Notes under the pieces: model-generated
The model's database searches: none
What the model was told of the DNA's origin: nothing
The model's input: only the letters and a program-made list of their open reading frames with translations
Position numbers and translations under genes: made by a program
From: Polaromonas sp.
Lineage (GTDB): Bacteria; Pseudomonadota; Gammaproteobacteria; Burkholderiales; Burkholderiaceae_C
Assembly: GCA_049653085.1 (NCBI GenBank)
Contig: JBASFP010000087.1
Span: 75,418-99,417 of the forward strand
Reading direction: 5' to 3'
DNA: 24,000 nucleotides
Shown: piece by piece, positions 15,278-22,972 of the stretch
Layout: each line of letters begins with the position of its first letter
How positions within the stretch are numbered: position 1 is the first letter of the stretch

Positions 15278-15492
15278 AGTTACCCATGTGGCTAGCGCAT
15301 CTCATCAGCTCACGGCACTGAGGTCGTAGATGAAACCCAGCCTTGTGGGCGCAGCGGCGGGTAACTTACAAACTTGCGGCCTTGCAGCTTGGCTTGTTCT
15401 TGATTTTTCAATTAATCTTTGGCCATGAGTGACGGGTCGTAGTTGCGGCGCACACCATGCTGCTCGCATACGCAACGAATTCCAGAACCCGA

Positions 15493-15517
15493 TAAAAAAG
15501 CCGCTGTTACGCGGCTT
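15493..15517 (-). terminator. Rho-independent terminator for the small gene 15540..15770
   Basis: The minus strand reads AAGCCGC-gtaaca-GCGGCTT followed by TTTTTTAT, about 20 nt downstream of the stop. Confidence 0.7.
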
Positions 15518-15539
15518 GCTACTAAGAAAACGTGACTCG

Positions 15540-15770
15540 TTAAAACAGTTTAGTGATAGCCGCAAAAATACCAACAGCAGCAAAAATGGTAGTGATAGAC
15601 CACTTGATGATTTCTGCTTTAAGTTCTGCGCCGTCTGACTTGGTGAACAGTTGCGCGGCGTGAACCGCGTAGCGCTTGTCAATTTCTTTGTTAATCGACT
15701 CGACCGCAGCTTTGGCGTCGGCTTCCGGTACGCCAGCTTTGATAAATGCGCTGTAGATTTCAATTTCCAT
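15540..15770 (-). CDS. Small tail-anchored coiled-coil protein (DUF1640-like, tentative)
   Basis: MEIEIYSAFIKAGVPEADAKAAVESINKEIDKRY...TKSDGAELKAEIIKWSITTIFAAVGIFAAITKLF is an amphipathic helix region followed by a C-terminal TM. AT-richer codon usage than the neighbouring genes. Confidence 0.55.
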   Translation of the reverse strand: MEIEIYSAFIKAGVPEADAKAAVESINKEIDKRYAVHAAQLFTKSDGAELKAEIIKWSITTIFAAVGIFAAITKLF

Positions 15771-15878
15771 GCGATGGACTTTACTTGGAAACATTGACAA
15801 GAGGATAAAACCGGGCTGTTAATCACATTTTGATCCAGCCCCGCACACTAAACTGATCATTCAACCAGCGTGTGATAA

Positions 15879-16127
15879 CTGGCGTTCATCCGACTGGCTG
15901 GGTTAGTCCCCCCGGTTGATTTGCACTTTACCTGGCGCCCACAGCTACGTGATGCAGGTGACGAAATGGTGTTGCAGGCGGCTGTTAATGGTCATGTAGA
16001 CGCATTGATAACACATCATTTTGCTGACTTTGAAATGGCCAAAGCCAGATTCAGCTTGAACGTATGGACGCCCGCCAAAGCCTTAAAACAACTGCAACAG
16101 TTTGAACAAACGGAGAACCCAAAATGA
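15879..16127 (+). pseudogene. 5'-truncated PIN-family toxin remnant (C-terminal half only)
   Basis: ...RPQLRDAGDEMVLQAAVNGHVDALITHHFADFEMAK...VWTPAKALKQL matches the C-terminal half of PIN_3-type toxins (D..D..vL..A..g.ad.lvT.d..df). There is an in-frame stop at 15876-15878, no ATG, and no room for the N-terminal catalytic half. The stop overlaps the antitoxin ATG (ATGA). Confidence 0.65.
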
Positions 16128-16360
16128 GCACCTTTGCCCTTCGCCTGCCTGATTCGTTGTACGCCCATGCCAAGAAGCTGGCAGAACGTGACCAGGCTTC
16201 GCTAAACCAGTTCATCACTGTTGCAGTGGCTGAAAAAGTCTCTGCGTTAGATGCGGCAACCTTTTTTGCAGAGCGTGCTGCACGCGGCAGTGTGTCAAGC
16301 CTTCAAAAGATTTTGGAGCGTGTACCTGCGGCGGCATCACTAAAAGGCGACGAGCTGTGA
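16124..16360 (+). CDS. RHH/Arc-type (HicB-like) antitoxin, apparently intact
   Basis: MSTFALRLPDSLYAHAKKLAERDQASLNQFITVAVAEKVS has a ribbon-helix-helix pattern. It sits immediately downstream of the PIN remnant. Confidence 0.7.
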   Translation: MSTFALRLPDSLYAHAKKLAERDQASLNQFITVAVAEKVSALDAATFFAERAARGSVSSLQKILERVPAAASLKGDEL

Positions 16361-16399
16361 AAGCAGTTATTTTTTTGGTTATTTGCGGCTTTTTCAGCG

Positions 16400-16456
16400 T
16401 GTTTTATGCCTACAGCCCAATAAATTCGTGCGCAATCAGCTTCTGTATTAATAGCG
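16400..16456 (+). repeat. Dispersed intergenic repeat, copy 3
   Basis: tgttttatgcctacagcccaataaattcgtgcgcaatcagcttctgtattaatagcg. Confidence 0.85.
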
Positions 16457-16586
16457 ACTGCCACCGTTCGCATAGTTTATGGACGCAGGTTTTGTGCAAA
16501 TGCGTGGCAGACCCAGATTAACTTCATTGCGCTGGAATTGCGATTAAAATGCTATCGTGATATCACCCTGCCTTGAGGTAACTGCC

Positions 16587-16847
16587 ATGACTGCACTGAT
16601 CATCCGTGATTTAAACGACAACCTGGGCGCTGCGCTCAAACGCGAGGCACACAAACGTGCCTTGAGCGTCAACAAGCTGGTACAGCACTACATCGCCGCT
16701 GGTTTGCAGCAAGACAACGCCATCACCAAGCCCGGGCAACGCAATGATTTGGCAGCGTTTGCAGGCCGCTGGAGCAAAAAAGACTTGCGTGATTTTGAAG
16801 CTGCTACCGACAGCTTCAATCAGGTTGAGGCTGATTTGTGGAAATAA
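16587..16847 (+). CDS. vapB: VapB-type (FitA/Arc-like RHH) antitoxin
   Basis: TGAGGT RBS before ATG 16587. MTALIIRDLNDNLGAALKREAHKRALSVNKLVQHYI. Overlaps the PIN toxin gene by 10 nt. Confidence 0.75.
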   Translation: MTALIIRDLNDNLGAALKREAHKRALSVNKLVQHYIAAGLQQDNAITKPGQRNDLAAFAGRWSKKDLRDFEAATDSFNQVEADLWK

Positions 16848-17236
16848 GTAATCTGTGCCTGGACACCAATACGTATTCAGCATTCTTGACGGGTCTTGCA
16901 GCATCAATCAAGCGCATCTCAGAGGCTGAACAGATCTGGCTACCAGCCCCCGTTCTGGGGGAGCTGCGCGCCGGGTTTGCCAAAGGAAGCAAGGCGGCAG
17001 AAAACGAGCTTTTGTTGCAAGAGTTTTTAGCCTCAAAGCATGTGCATGTGATCGCCATTGATGAAGCCGTCACCCGCAGCTATGCCAAGATTTTTGACCA
17101 GCTCCGCAAACAAGGCACACCTATCCCCACCAATGATGTGTGGATCGCTGCCTGTGTGATGCATATTGGCTTTCCTTTGTATTCTTTGGACGCGCACTTC
17201 AAGCATGTGCAAGGCATTGAACTGGTGTCAGACTGA
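16838..17236 (+). CDS. vapC: VapC PIN-domain ribonuclease toxin
   Basis: LCLDTNTYSAF (first acidic residue), LGELRAGF, and TNDVWIAACVM...LYSLDAHF (PIN acidic residues). GTG start. Confidence 0.8.
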   Translation: MEISNLCLDTNTYSAFLTGLAASIKRISEAEQIWLPAPVLGELRAGFAKGSKAAENELLLQEFLASKHVHVIAIDEAVTRSYAKIFDQLRKQGTPIPTNDVWIAACVMHIGFPLYSLDAHFKHVQGIELVSD

Positions 17237-17244
17237 TGGCCGAT

Positions 17245-17275
17245 GACCTGAAAGAAGTCTTTCAGGTCATTTTTA
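17245..17275 (+). terminator. Rho-independent terminator after vapC
   Basis: Near-perfect palindrome GACCTGAAAGA-AG-TCTTTCAGGTC followed by ATTTTTAA. Confidence 0.75.
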
Positions 17276-17277
17276 AG

Positions 17278-17336
17278 TGTCAAATCAGCCTCTAGCCCAA
17301 TGAATGCGGGCGCAAGCAGCTCCCGTATTTATAGCG
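17278..17336 (+). repeat. Dispersed intergenic repeat, copy 4 (overlaps the stop codon of the convergent OYE gene)
   Basis: tgtcaaatcagcctctagcccaatgaatgcgggcgcaagcagctcccgtatttatagcg. Contains the best internal hairpin: ATGAATGCGGG / CCCGTATTTAT, 11 bp including 2 G-U pairs. Confidence 0.85.
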
Positions 17337-18429
17337 TTGGGTAATCGGTATAACCCTCAGCGCCGCCGCCATACCAGGTGGCTTTGTTGCTTTCGGCCAG
17401 TGCTGCGCCTTTTTTCAGGCGCGCAACCAGGTCCGGATTGCCGATGTACGGCCTGCCAAAGGCCACCAAATCGTCGCCGTGCTTGACGGCGTTTTCGGCC
17501 AGCGCCTGGTCGTAGCCGTTGTTGACCATCCACGCGCCTTTGCCGCCTGCTTCGCGGTAGGCGGCCTTGAGCGCCGCGTAGTCAAACGGGCGATCCGGCA
17601 GCTCGCGCGGGCCGCCAGTCGCGCCTTCAATGATGTGGATGTAGGCCAGGTTCAGACTGGCCAGTTCGCGCACGACGTAGTCAAACAAGGGTTGCGGATC
17701 AGCATCAATTACATCGTTGGCTGGCGTCACAGGTGACAGGCGGATACCTGTGCGGCCACCGCCGACAGCAGCCGTGACGGCGCGGGTCACTTCCAGCAGC
17801 AGGCGGGCGCGGTTTTCAATGCTGCCGCCGTAATCGTCTGTGCGCTGGTTTGAGCCGGTTTTTAAAAACTGGTCCAGCAAGTAGCCGTTGGCACCATGAA
17901 TCTCGACCCCGTCAAAACCCACGGTGTCAACCGCGTTGCGCGCCGCTGTCTGGTAGCTGTGAACCAGCTCGGGCAGTTCTTCAGCGCGCAGCGCGCGCGG
18001 CTCAGATGTTTCTACAAACACCGGCGCGCCGTCCTTGATCAGCACGGTTTTGGTTTTGGCGGTGATAGCCGATGGCGCAACCGGTGCGCCGTTGTCGGGC
18101 TGCAGCGACGTGTGCGAGACCCGGCCCACATGCCACAGCTGCACCACAATCTTGCCGCCTGCGGCGTGTACATCGTGGGTGACTTTTTTCCAGGCATCAA
18201 GCTGTTCTGTGCCGTACAGGCCGGGCACGTCTGAATAACCCTGGCCTTGCTGGGTGATGGCTGTGGCCTCGGTGATGATCAGGCCCGCCGTGGCGCGCTG
18301 GGTGTAATAGGTGGCGGCAAATGGGCCAGGTATCGCGTCGGGTGAGCGGTTGCGCGTGAGCGGCGCCATGACAATGCGGTTGGCCAGGTGCAGGTCACCT
18401 GCGGTGACTGTGTCAAACAGGGTAGGCAT
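17329..18429 (-). CDS. nemA: Old Yellow Enzyme family NADH:flavin oxidoreductase (N-ethylmaleimide reductase-like)
   Basis: MPTLFDTVTAGDLHLANRIVMAPLTRNRS...QLWHVGRVSH...GFDGVEIHGANGYLLDQFL...RTDDYGGSIENRARL are canonical OYE motifs. The ORF-track start at 18498 is rejected. The gene symbol is by family resemblance only. Confidence 0.88.
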   Translation of the reverse strand: MPTLFDTVTAGDLHLANRIVMAPLTRNRSPDAIPGPFAATYYTQRATAGLIITEATAITQQGQGYSDVPGLYGTEQLDAWKKVTHDVHAAGGKIVVQLWHVGRVSHTSLQPDNGAPVAPSAITAKTKTVLIKDGAPVFVETSEPRALRAEELPELVHSYQTAARNAVDTVGFDGVEIHGANGYLLDQFLKTGSNQRTDDYGGSIENRARLLLEVTRAVTAAVGGGRTGIRLSPVTPANDVIDADPQPLFDYVVRELASLNLAYIHIIEGATGGPRELPDRPFDYAALKAAYREAGGKGAWMVNNGYDQALAENAVKHGDDLVAFGRPYIGNPDLVARLKKGAALAESNKATWYGGGAEGYTDYPTL

Positions 18430-18531
18430 AAAGAAAGCTTTCAGAAAAATCAAACAGCTATGAGTTTGGCGCAAAAGCCATGAACCTGTGCAAGACAAGC
18501 TGCTGGATATATGTCAGTCAGGAGCGAGGAC

Positions 18532-18557
18532 TTGCCAAAGTTGGCAAAGTTTGCCAA
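18532..18557 (+). promoter_or_regulatory. Candidate ParD operator overlapping a promoter
   Basis: TTGCCAA-ag-TTGGCAA-agt-TTGCCAA: three 7-mers, the first two forming an inverted repeat. TTGGCA (18541-46), 17 nt, then TAAGCT (18564-69) would start transcription within a few nt of ATG 18577. Confidence 0.45.
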
Positions 18558-18576
18558 TAATGTTAAGCTGCATGCC

Positions 18577-18816
18577 ATGACCACCATGAATATTTCACTG
18601 CCCGACAGCCTGAAGGCGTATGTTGATACGCTGGTTCAAGCCGAGGGTTACGGCACGTCCAGCGAATACATGCGCGAGCTGATTCGGCAAGACCAAGACA
18701 AGCGCCAATTCAAGGCACATTTGCTGGCTGGCATGCAGTCAGGCGTTGAAGGGTCGATGGATGCCGGCTTTTTTGCGGATTTGCGTCAAAGGGTGGCAAC
18801 CCGCAAGCGCGCTTGA
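18577..18816 (+). CDS. parD: ParD-type RHH antitoxin
   Basis: MTTMNISLPDSLKAYVDTLVQAEGYGTSSEYMRELIRQDQDKRQ matches the ParD/CC2985-type antidote pattern. The start could also be 18586. Confidence 0.8.
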   Translation: MTTMNISLPDSLKAYVDTLVQAEGYGTSSEYMRELIRQDQDKRQFKAHLLAGMQSGVEGSMDAGFFADLRQRVATRKRA

Positions 18817-19121
18817 AGCCCATTTTGCGCAGCCCCCAAGCGCGGGCAGACATCGAAGACGCGCTCGACTATTACCAGCTTGAAGCGCCGCACATGGCGA
18901 CTGCGTTTCTGGACGCACTCGAAAAAGCCGTGGTACACATCCAGCGCGCGCCGGGTACAGGCTCACCTCGCTACGCGCAAGAACTGAGCTTGTCCGGTTT
19001 GCGGTTTTGGGGCTTGAACAAGTTCCCCTACAGTCTGTTTTACATCGAGCAGGCTGACCACCTGTGGGTGATTCGACTGGTACACATGAGCCGGGACATT
19101 CCGGCTTCATTGCAAGACTGA
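18813..19121 (+). CDS. parE: ParE/RelE-family toxin
   Basis: ARADIEDALDYY...RFWGLNKFPYSLFYIEQADHLWVIRLVHMSRD is a typical ParE C-terminus. The TTG start overlaps the parD stop. Confidence 0.8.
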   Translation: MKPILRSPQARADIEDALDYYQLEAPHMATAFLDALEKAVVHIQRAPGTGSPRYAQELSLSGLRFWGLNKFPYSLFYIEQADHLWVIRLVHMSRDIPASLQD

Positions 19122-19128
19122 TCCACCT

Positions 19129-19737
19129 CTACTTGATCAACCCCTCAGCCCGCATAGCCGCCAGCACCGCTGGCCGCTGGGCCATGTGGGCGCGATACGT
19201 GGCGATGTTGGCAAAGCCTGACAAGTCAACCTTGACCAGAGGCGCCCAGTTGGTGACGTTGAACAAGTAAGGGTCGGCCACGCTGAAGGCATCGCCCATG
19301 AGGTACTTTTTACCGGCCAATTGCTCATCTACCCACTTGAAGCGGCTGAGCAGCTTGTCGATCACCATCGGTTTGTACTCAGCCGGCGTGGCCGGGTTGA
19401 ACAGCGGGGAAAAGCCTTTGTGCAGCTCGGTACTGATGAAATTTAACCAGCCCTGCATCTGCGCTCTGGCTACTGTTCCATTGCTGGGCGCCAGGTTCTT
19501 TTCAGGCACCTGGTCGGCAATGTATTGCACGATTGCTGGGCCTTCAGCAAGGCGAGTGCCGTCATTCAGTTCCAGCAGCGGCACATAGCCCAGCGGGTTG
19601 ATGCTGTAGTAGTCGGTACCGTCTTCCAGCAGATGGGTTTTGGTCGGGGCTTTGACGGGCGTAAACGTCATGCCAGCCTCATGCAGCGTGATGTGGACGG
19701 ACAGCGAGCAGGCGCCAGGGGAGTAGTAAAGCTTCAT
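19129..19737 (-). CDS. gstA: Glutathione S-transferase, GstA-like (beta class)
   Basis: MKLYYSPGACSLSVHITLHEAG...INPLGYVPLLELNDG...ELHKGFSPLFNP.TPAEYKP aligns along its length with my memory of E. coli GstA. Confidence 0.88.
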   Translation of the reverse strand: MKLYYSPGACSLSVHITLHEAGMTFTPVKAPTKTHLLEDGTDYYSINPLGYVPLLELNDGTRLAEGPAIVQYIADQVPEKNLAPSNGTVARAQMQGWLNFISTELHKGFSPLFNPATPAEYKPMVIDKLLSRFKWVDEQLAGKKYLMGDAFSVADPYLFNVTNWAPLVKVDLSGFANIATYRAHMAQRPAVLAAMRAEGLIK

Positions 19738-19883
19738 GAAAATCCTTTGTTTGAATTGGCGTAACAACAAACGAGTGTACGCATCGCGCCTGGTTTTGTC
19801 CTACAGCCGCAACGCTTGCTGGCTGATTCATTGGATCGGGCTGAAAACCTAGGATCAATGCATCTCAATATCAGGATGCTGCC

Positions 19884-20069
19884 ATGCTGAAATACGCCAT
19901 CATTTTTGCCTTGATTTCTCTGGTCGCAGGCGCCTTGGGTTTTGGCGGTGTTGCCGCTGGCTCTGCGGGCATTGCCAAAATCTTGTTTGGTCTGTTTTTG
20001 ATCCTGGCAGTGGTCTTTGTCGTGCTGGCTGCGCTGGGCGTAGGCGCGGTTAAAAAAGTCTTGAAGTAA
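19884..20069 (+). CDS. UPF0391/DUF1328 small membrane protein
   Basis: MLKYAIIFALISLVAGALGFGGVAAGSAGIAKILFGLFLILAVVFVVLAALG is the family signature. Confidence 0.85.
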   Translation: MLKYAIIFALISLVAGALGFGGVAAGSAGIAKILFGLFLILAVVFVVLAALGVGAVKKVLK

Positions 20070-20085
20070 AGGCCTGACATCGCTC

Positions 20086-20901
20086 ATGCACACCGCCACG
20101 ATTGATTTGCAGCTTGACTACGAGGTCACGCACCCGGCGCATTTTCTGTTCAACATTGAAGCGGCTTTTGACGACGGCCATCGGGTGGTGTCAGAACGTC
20201 TGAGCATCACGCCCAGTGTCAAGGTGCGCACGTTTGCGGATGACCGCACGGGCAACCGTTTTGTGCGACTGGACGCGCCCAAAGGCATTTTGTCAATCAA
20301 CTACAACGCGCAGGTAGAACTTATCCCGCACACCGTGCCGCTGCACCTGGACGAAGCGTTGGTCACAGCCGTGCCCGACGATGTGCTGCGCTACCTGATG
20401 CCCAGCCGCTACTGCGAGTCTGACATTTTGAGCCGCGCGGCGCAGCAGTTGTTCGGTGACTTGCCGCATGGCCTGAGCCGGGTACGCGCTATAGAAAGCT
20501 GGATACATGAGTCGATCTATTACATGCCCGGCTTCAGCAATTCAACCACCACAGCGCAAGAAGTGTTTGTGCAGCGGGCGGGCGTCTGCCGTGACTTTGC
20601 GCACCTGGGCATCACTTTTTGCCGGGCATTGAACATACCGGCGCGGCTCGTAGTGGGCTACGTGTATTTTGTAGACCCACCGCAAGACTTTCATGCCGTG
20701 TTTGAAGCCTGGCTGGACAACCAGTGGGTACTGTTTGACCCGACCAAAATGGCGCCGATTGACCGCCTGGTGCGCGTGGGTACGGGTCGCGACGCCAAAG
20801 ACGTGGCCTTTGCCACGATTTTTGGCGGCGTGCAGATGCAGCGCAAGGAGTTGCAGGTGCTGGAAGGTGATCGCTTGCCTGAAGCGGCCGCCACCATTTA
20901 G
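20086..20901 (+). CDS. Transglutaminase-like cysteine protease superfamily protein (Bact_transglu_N + core)
   Basis: Core GVCRDFAHLGITFCRALNIPARLVVGY (Cys), FHAVFEAWL (His) and WVLFDPT (Asp). Confidence 0.85.
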   Translation: MHTATIDLQLDYEVTHPAHFLFNIEAAFDDGHRVVSERLSITPSVKVRTFADDRTGNRFVRLDAPKGILSINYNAQVELIPHTVPLHLDEALVTAVPDDVLRYLMPSRYCESDILSRAAQQLFGDLPHGLSRVRAIESWIHESIYYMPGFSNSTTTAQEVFVQRAGVCRDFAHLGITFCRALNIPARLVVGYVYFVDPPQDFHAVFEAWLDNQWVLFDPTKMAPIDRLVRVGTGRDAKDVAFATIFGGVQMQRKELQVLEGDRLPEAAATI

Positions 20902-21029
20902 CTCATAATTTCAATCAATAGCTTTCGCATCGCCTCAGGCAGGCTCATGACGACTGCTGCAGTCGTCGCTAAACAATATAAAGCCGAACGGTAAAGATAT
21001 TCCCGTTGCAATTTGAGGGCGCATTTTTC

Positions 21030-21086
21030 ATGCTTAAATCATTGCCTGGCCCAATAAATACGGGCGCAAGCAGCTATTAATTCAGG
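21030..21086 (+). repeat. Dispersed intergenic repeat, copy 5 (right arm inverted relative to copy 1). Coordinates are +/-2 nt because my count in this line is off by one.
   Basis: tgcttaaatcattgcctggcccaataaatacgggcgcaagcagctattaattcaggag. Its AGGAG serves as the RBS of the next gene. Confidence 0.8.
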
Positions 21087-21092
21087 AGTACT

Positions 21093-21650
21093 TTGGAAGC
21101 CTTTTTAATCTCAACCGGCATTGTTGCACTGGCGGAAATTGGCGACAAAACGCAGTTGCTGGCCTTGTTGCTGGCGGCTCGTTTCAAAAAACCCTGGCCG
21201 ATTGTGTGGGGCATATTTGTTGCGACGGTTCTCAACCACGCCATGGCGGGTGCGCTGGGCGCGTGGCTCACCACACTCATCAGCCCACAAACCCTGCGCT
21301 GGATACTGGGCGCGTCCTTCATCGCCATGGCGGTGTGGATGCTGATCCCCGACAAACTGGACGATGCGGCAGATAAAAAGCCGATGCGCTTTGGCGTGTT
21401 TGGCACCACGCTTGTGCTGTTCTTTTTGGCCGAGATGGGCGACAAAACCCAGGTCGCTACCGTCATGCTGGCCGCTCGCTTTGATGCGTATGTGGCCGTG
21501 GTGGCCGGCACCACCCTGGGCATGATGCTGGCCAACGTGCCGGTGGTGTGGCTGGGTGAGCGCATGACGCGGCTCGTACCCCTGCGGGTGGTTCACATCG
21601 TCAGCGCCATTGTCTTTTTTGGGCTGGGGCTGTTTGCATTGTTCAGCTGA
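21093..21650 (+). CDS. UPF0016 (GDT1/TMEM165/MneA-like) putative Mn2+/Ca2+ exporter
   Basis: Two copies of the E-x-G-D-K-T motif (AEIGDKTQ and AEMGDKTQ) in a six-TM protein. TTG start after AGGAG. Confidence 0.85.
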   Translation: MEAFLISTGIVALAEIGDKTQLLALLLAARFKKPWPIVWGIFVATVLNHAMAGALGAWLTTLISPQTLRWILGASFIAMAVWMLIPDKLDDAADKKPMRFGVFGTTLVLFFLAEMGDKTQVATVMLAARFDAYVAVVAGTTLGMMLANVPVVWLGERMTRLVPLRVVHIVSAIVFFGLGLFALFS

Positions 21651-21681
21651 TTTCCTGGCTCGCACAGCCAGACGCTTCAGG

Positions 21682-22884
21682 TCACCAGTTCACTTCACGC
21701 TCAGGCGTCGCGCCAATGCGGTGAATCGACAAATCCGCGCCTTCAAACTCGTCTTCCTGGCTCATGCGCAAACCCATGGTTAATTTAAGCGCACCATAAA
21801 CCACAAAACCCGACAGCAGTGCCCAGGCCACGCCCATCGTGCTGCCGATCAGCTGCGCACCCAGACTCACGCCTCCCAGGCCGCCCAGTGCCTGGCTGCC
21901 AAAAATACCAGCCGCAATACCACCCCACAAGCCGCACAGGCCATGCAGCGGCCAGACACCCAGCACATCATCAATCTTCCATTTGTTTTGCGTCAGCGTG
22001 AACATCACCACAAACACCCCGCCAGCAATCGCACCCGTCACCAGTGCGCCCAGCGGATGCATCAGGTCAGAGCCCGCGCAGACGGCCACCAGCCCGGCCA
22101 AGGGCCCGTTGTGCAGAAAACCAGGGTCGTTTTTGCCAAATACCAGAGCCGCCAGCGTGCCGCCGACCATCGCCATCAGTGAATTGACCGCCACCAAGCC
22201 CGAAATTTTGTCGATGGTTTGCGCACTCATCACATTAAAGCCAAACCAGCCCACCGTCAAAATCCAGGCGCCCAGTGCCAGAAACGGAATGCTCGACGGC
22301 GGGTGCGCCGATACCGCCCCGTCCTTGCGGTAGCGGTTGTAACGCGCACCCAGCAACATTACGGCTGGCAGCGCCAGCCAGCCACCCACCGCGTGAACCA
22401 CGATGGAGCCTGCAAAGTCATGGAACTCTGCACCCGTCACTGATTTGATCCAGGCCTGAACGCCGAAATGCTGGTTCCAGGCAATGCCCTCAAAGAACGG
22501 GTAGACAAAACCCACAATCACGGCGGTTGCAATCAGTTGCGGGTAGAAACGGGCACGCTCAGCAATGCCGCCTGAAATGATGGCCGGGATGGCTGCCGCG
22601 AAGGTCAGCAGAAAGAAAAATTTGACCAATTCATAGCCGTTTTTGGCGGCCAGTTGTTCAGCACCGACAAAAAAGTGCGTGCCATAAGCCACGCTGTAAC
22701 CAATGGCGAAATAGGCGATGGTGGACACTGAAAAATCCGCCAAAATTTTGACCAGCGCATTGACCTGGTTCTTTTTGCGGACAGTGCCCAACTCTAAAAA
22801 GGCAAAACCGGCATGCATGGCCAGCACCATGATGCCCCCCAACAAGATAAATAGCGCGTCAGAGCCCTGTTTTAGTGCGTCCAT
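21682..22884 (-). CDS. amtB: Ammonium transporter (Amt family)
   Basis: MDALKQGSDALFILLGGIMVLAMHAGFAFLELG...DFAGSIVVHAVGGW...GFNVMS...VWPLHGLCGLWGGIA are Amt signatures. The ORF-track start at 22941 is rejected. Confidence 0.92.
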   Translation of the reverse strand: MDALKQGSDALFILLGGIMVLAMHAGFAFLELGTVRKKNQVNALVKILADFSVSTIAYFAIGYSVAYGTHFFVGAEQLAAKNGYELVKFFFLLTFAAAIPAIISGGIAERARFYPQLIATAVIVGFVYPFFEGIAWNQHFGVQAWIKSVTGAEFHDFAGSIVVHAVGGWLALPAVMLLGARYNRYRKDGAVSAHPPSSIPFLALGAWILTVGWFGFNVMSAQTIDKISGLVAVNSLMAMVGGTLAALVFGKNDPGFLHNGPLAGLVAVCAGSDLMHPLGALVTGAIAGGVFVVMFTLTQNKWKIDDVLGVWPLHGLCGLWGGIAAGIFGSQALGGLGGVSLGAQLIGSTMGVAWALLSGFVVYGALKLTMGLRMSQEDEFEGADLSIHRIGATPEREVNW

Positions 22885-22956
22885 GGATGTCTTTTCTTGG
22901 TAAATGTGTTTTTGTGGTGCGTTATTCGTTGATTTTCGCAAAACGCACTTTATTCA

Positions 22957-22972
22957 AGCAAGAAATACGCCA
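22957..22972 (-). promoter_or_regulatory. Sigma-54 (-24/-12) promoter for amtB
   Basis: The minus strand reads TGGCGTATTTCTTGCT (consensus TGGCAC-N5-TTGCW) with exact GG/GC spacing, about 73 nt upstream of ATG 22884. Confidence 0.65.

Noticed and set aside
15305-15826. A 173-aa minus-strand ORF spanning the 15280-15540 intergenic region and the small DUF1640-like gene.
   Set aside because: It overlaps the better-supported 15540..15770 gene in another frame. It reads through that gene's terminator hairpin and has a Ser/Lys/Leu-rich composition without motifs.
15222-17336. Whether the repeats flanking the toxin-antitoxin cassettes are integron attC sites, making this a chromosomal integron array.
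   Set aside because: There are no RYYYAAC/GTTRRRY core sites and no extended imperfect palindrome spanning the element. No intI is in the window, and the same repeat also flanks ordinary genes (copies 1 and 5).
20902-21092. A manganese (yybP-ykoY) riboswitch upstream of the UPF0016 exporter gene, and the hairpin GACGACT-gctgc-AGTCGTC at 20949-20967.
   Set aside because: I could not find the conserved GGGGAGUAG or UUGACA-type elements I recall for yybP-ykoY. The hairpin has no U-tract, so at most it is a weak terminator for the transglutaminase-like gene. The region is largely occupied by repeat copy 5.
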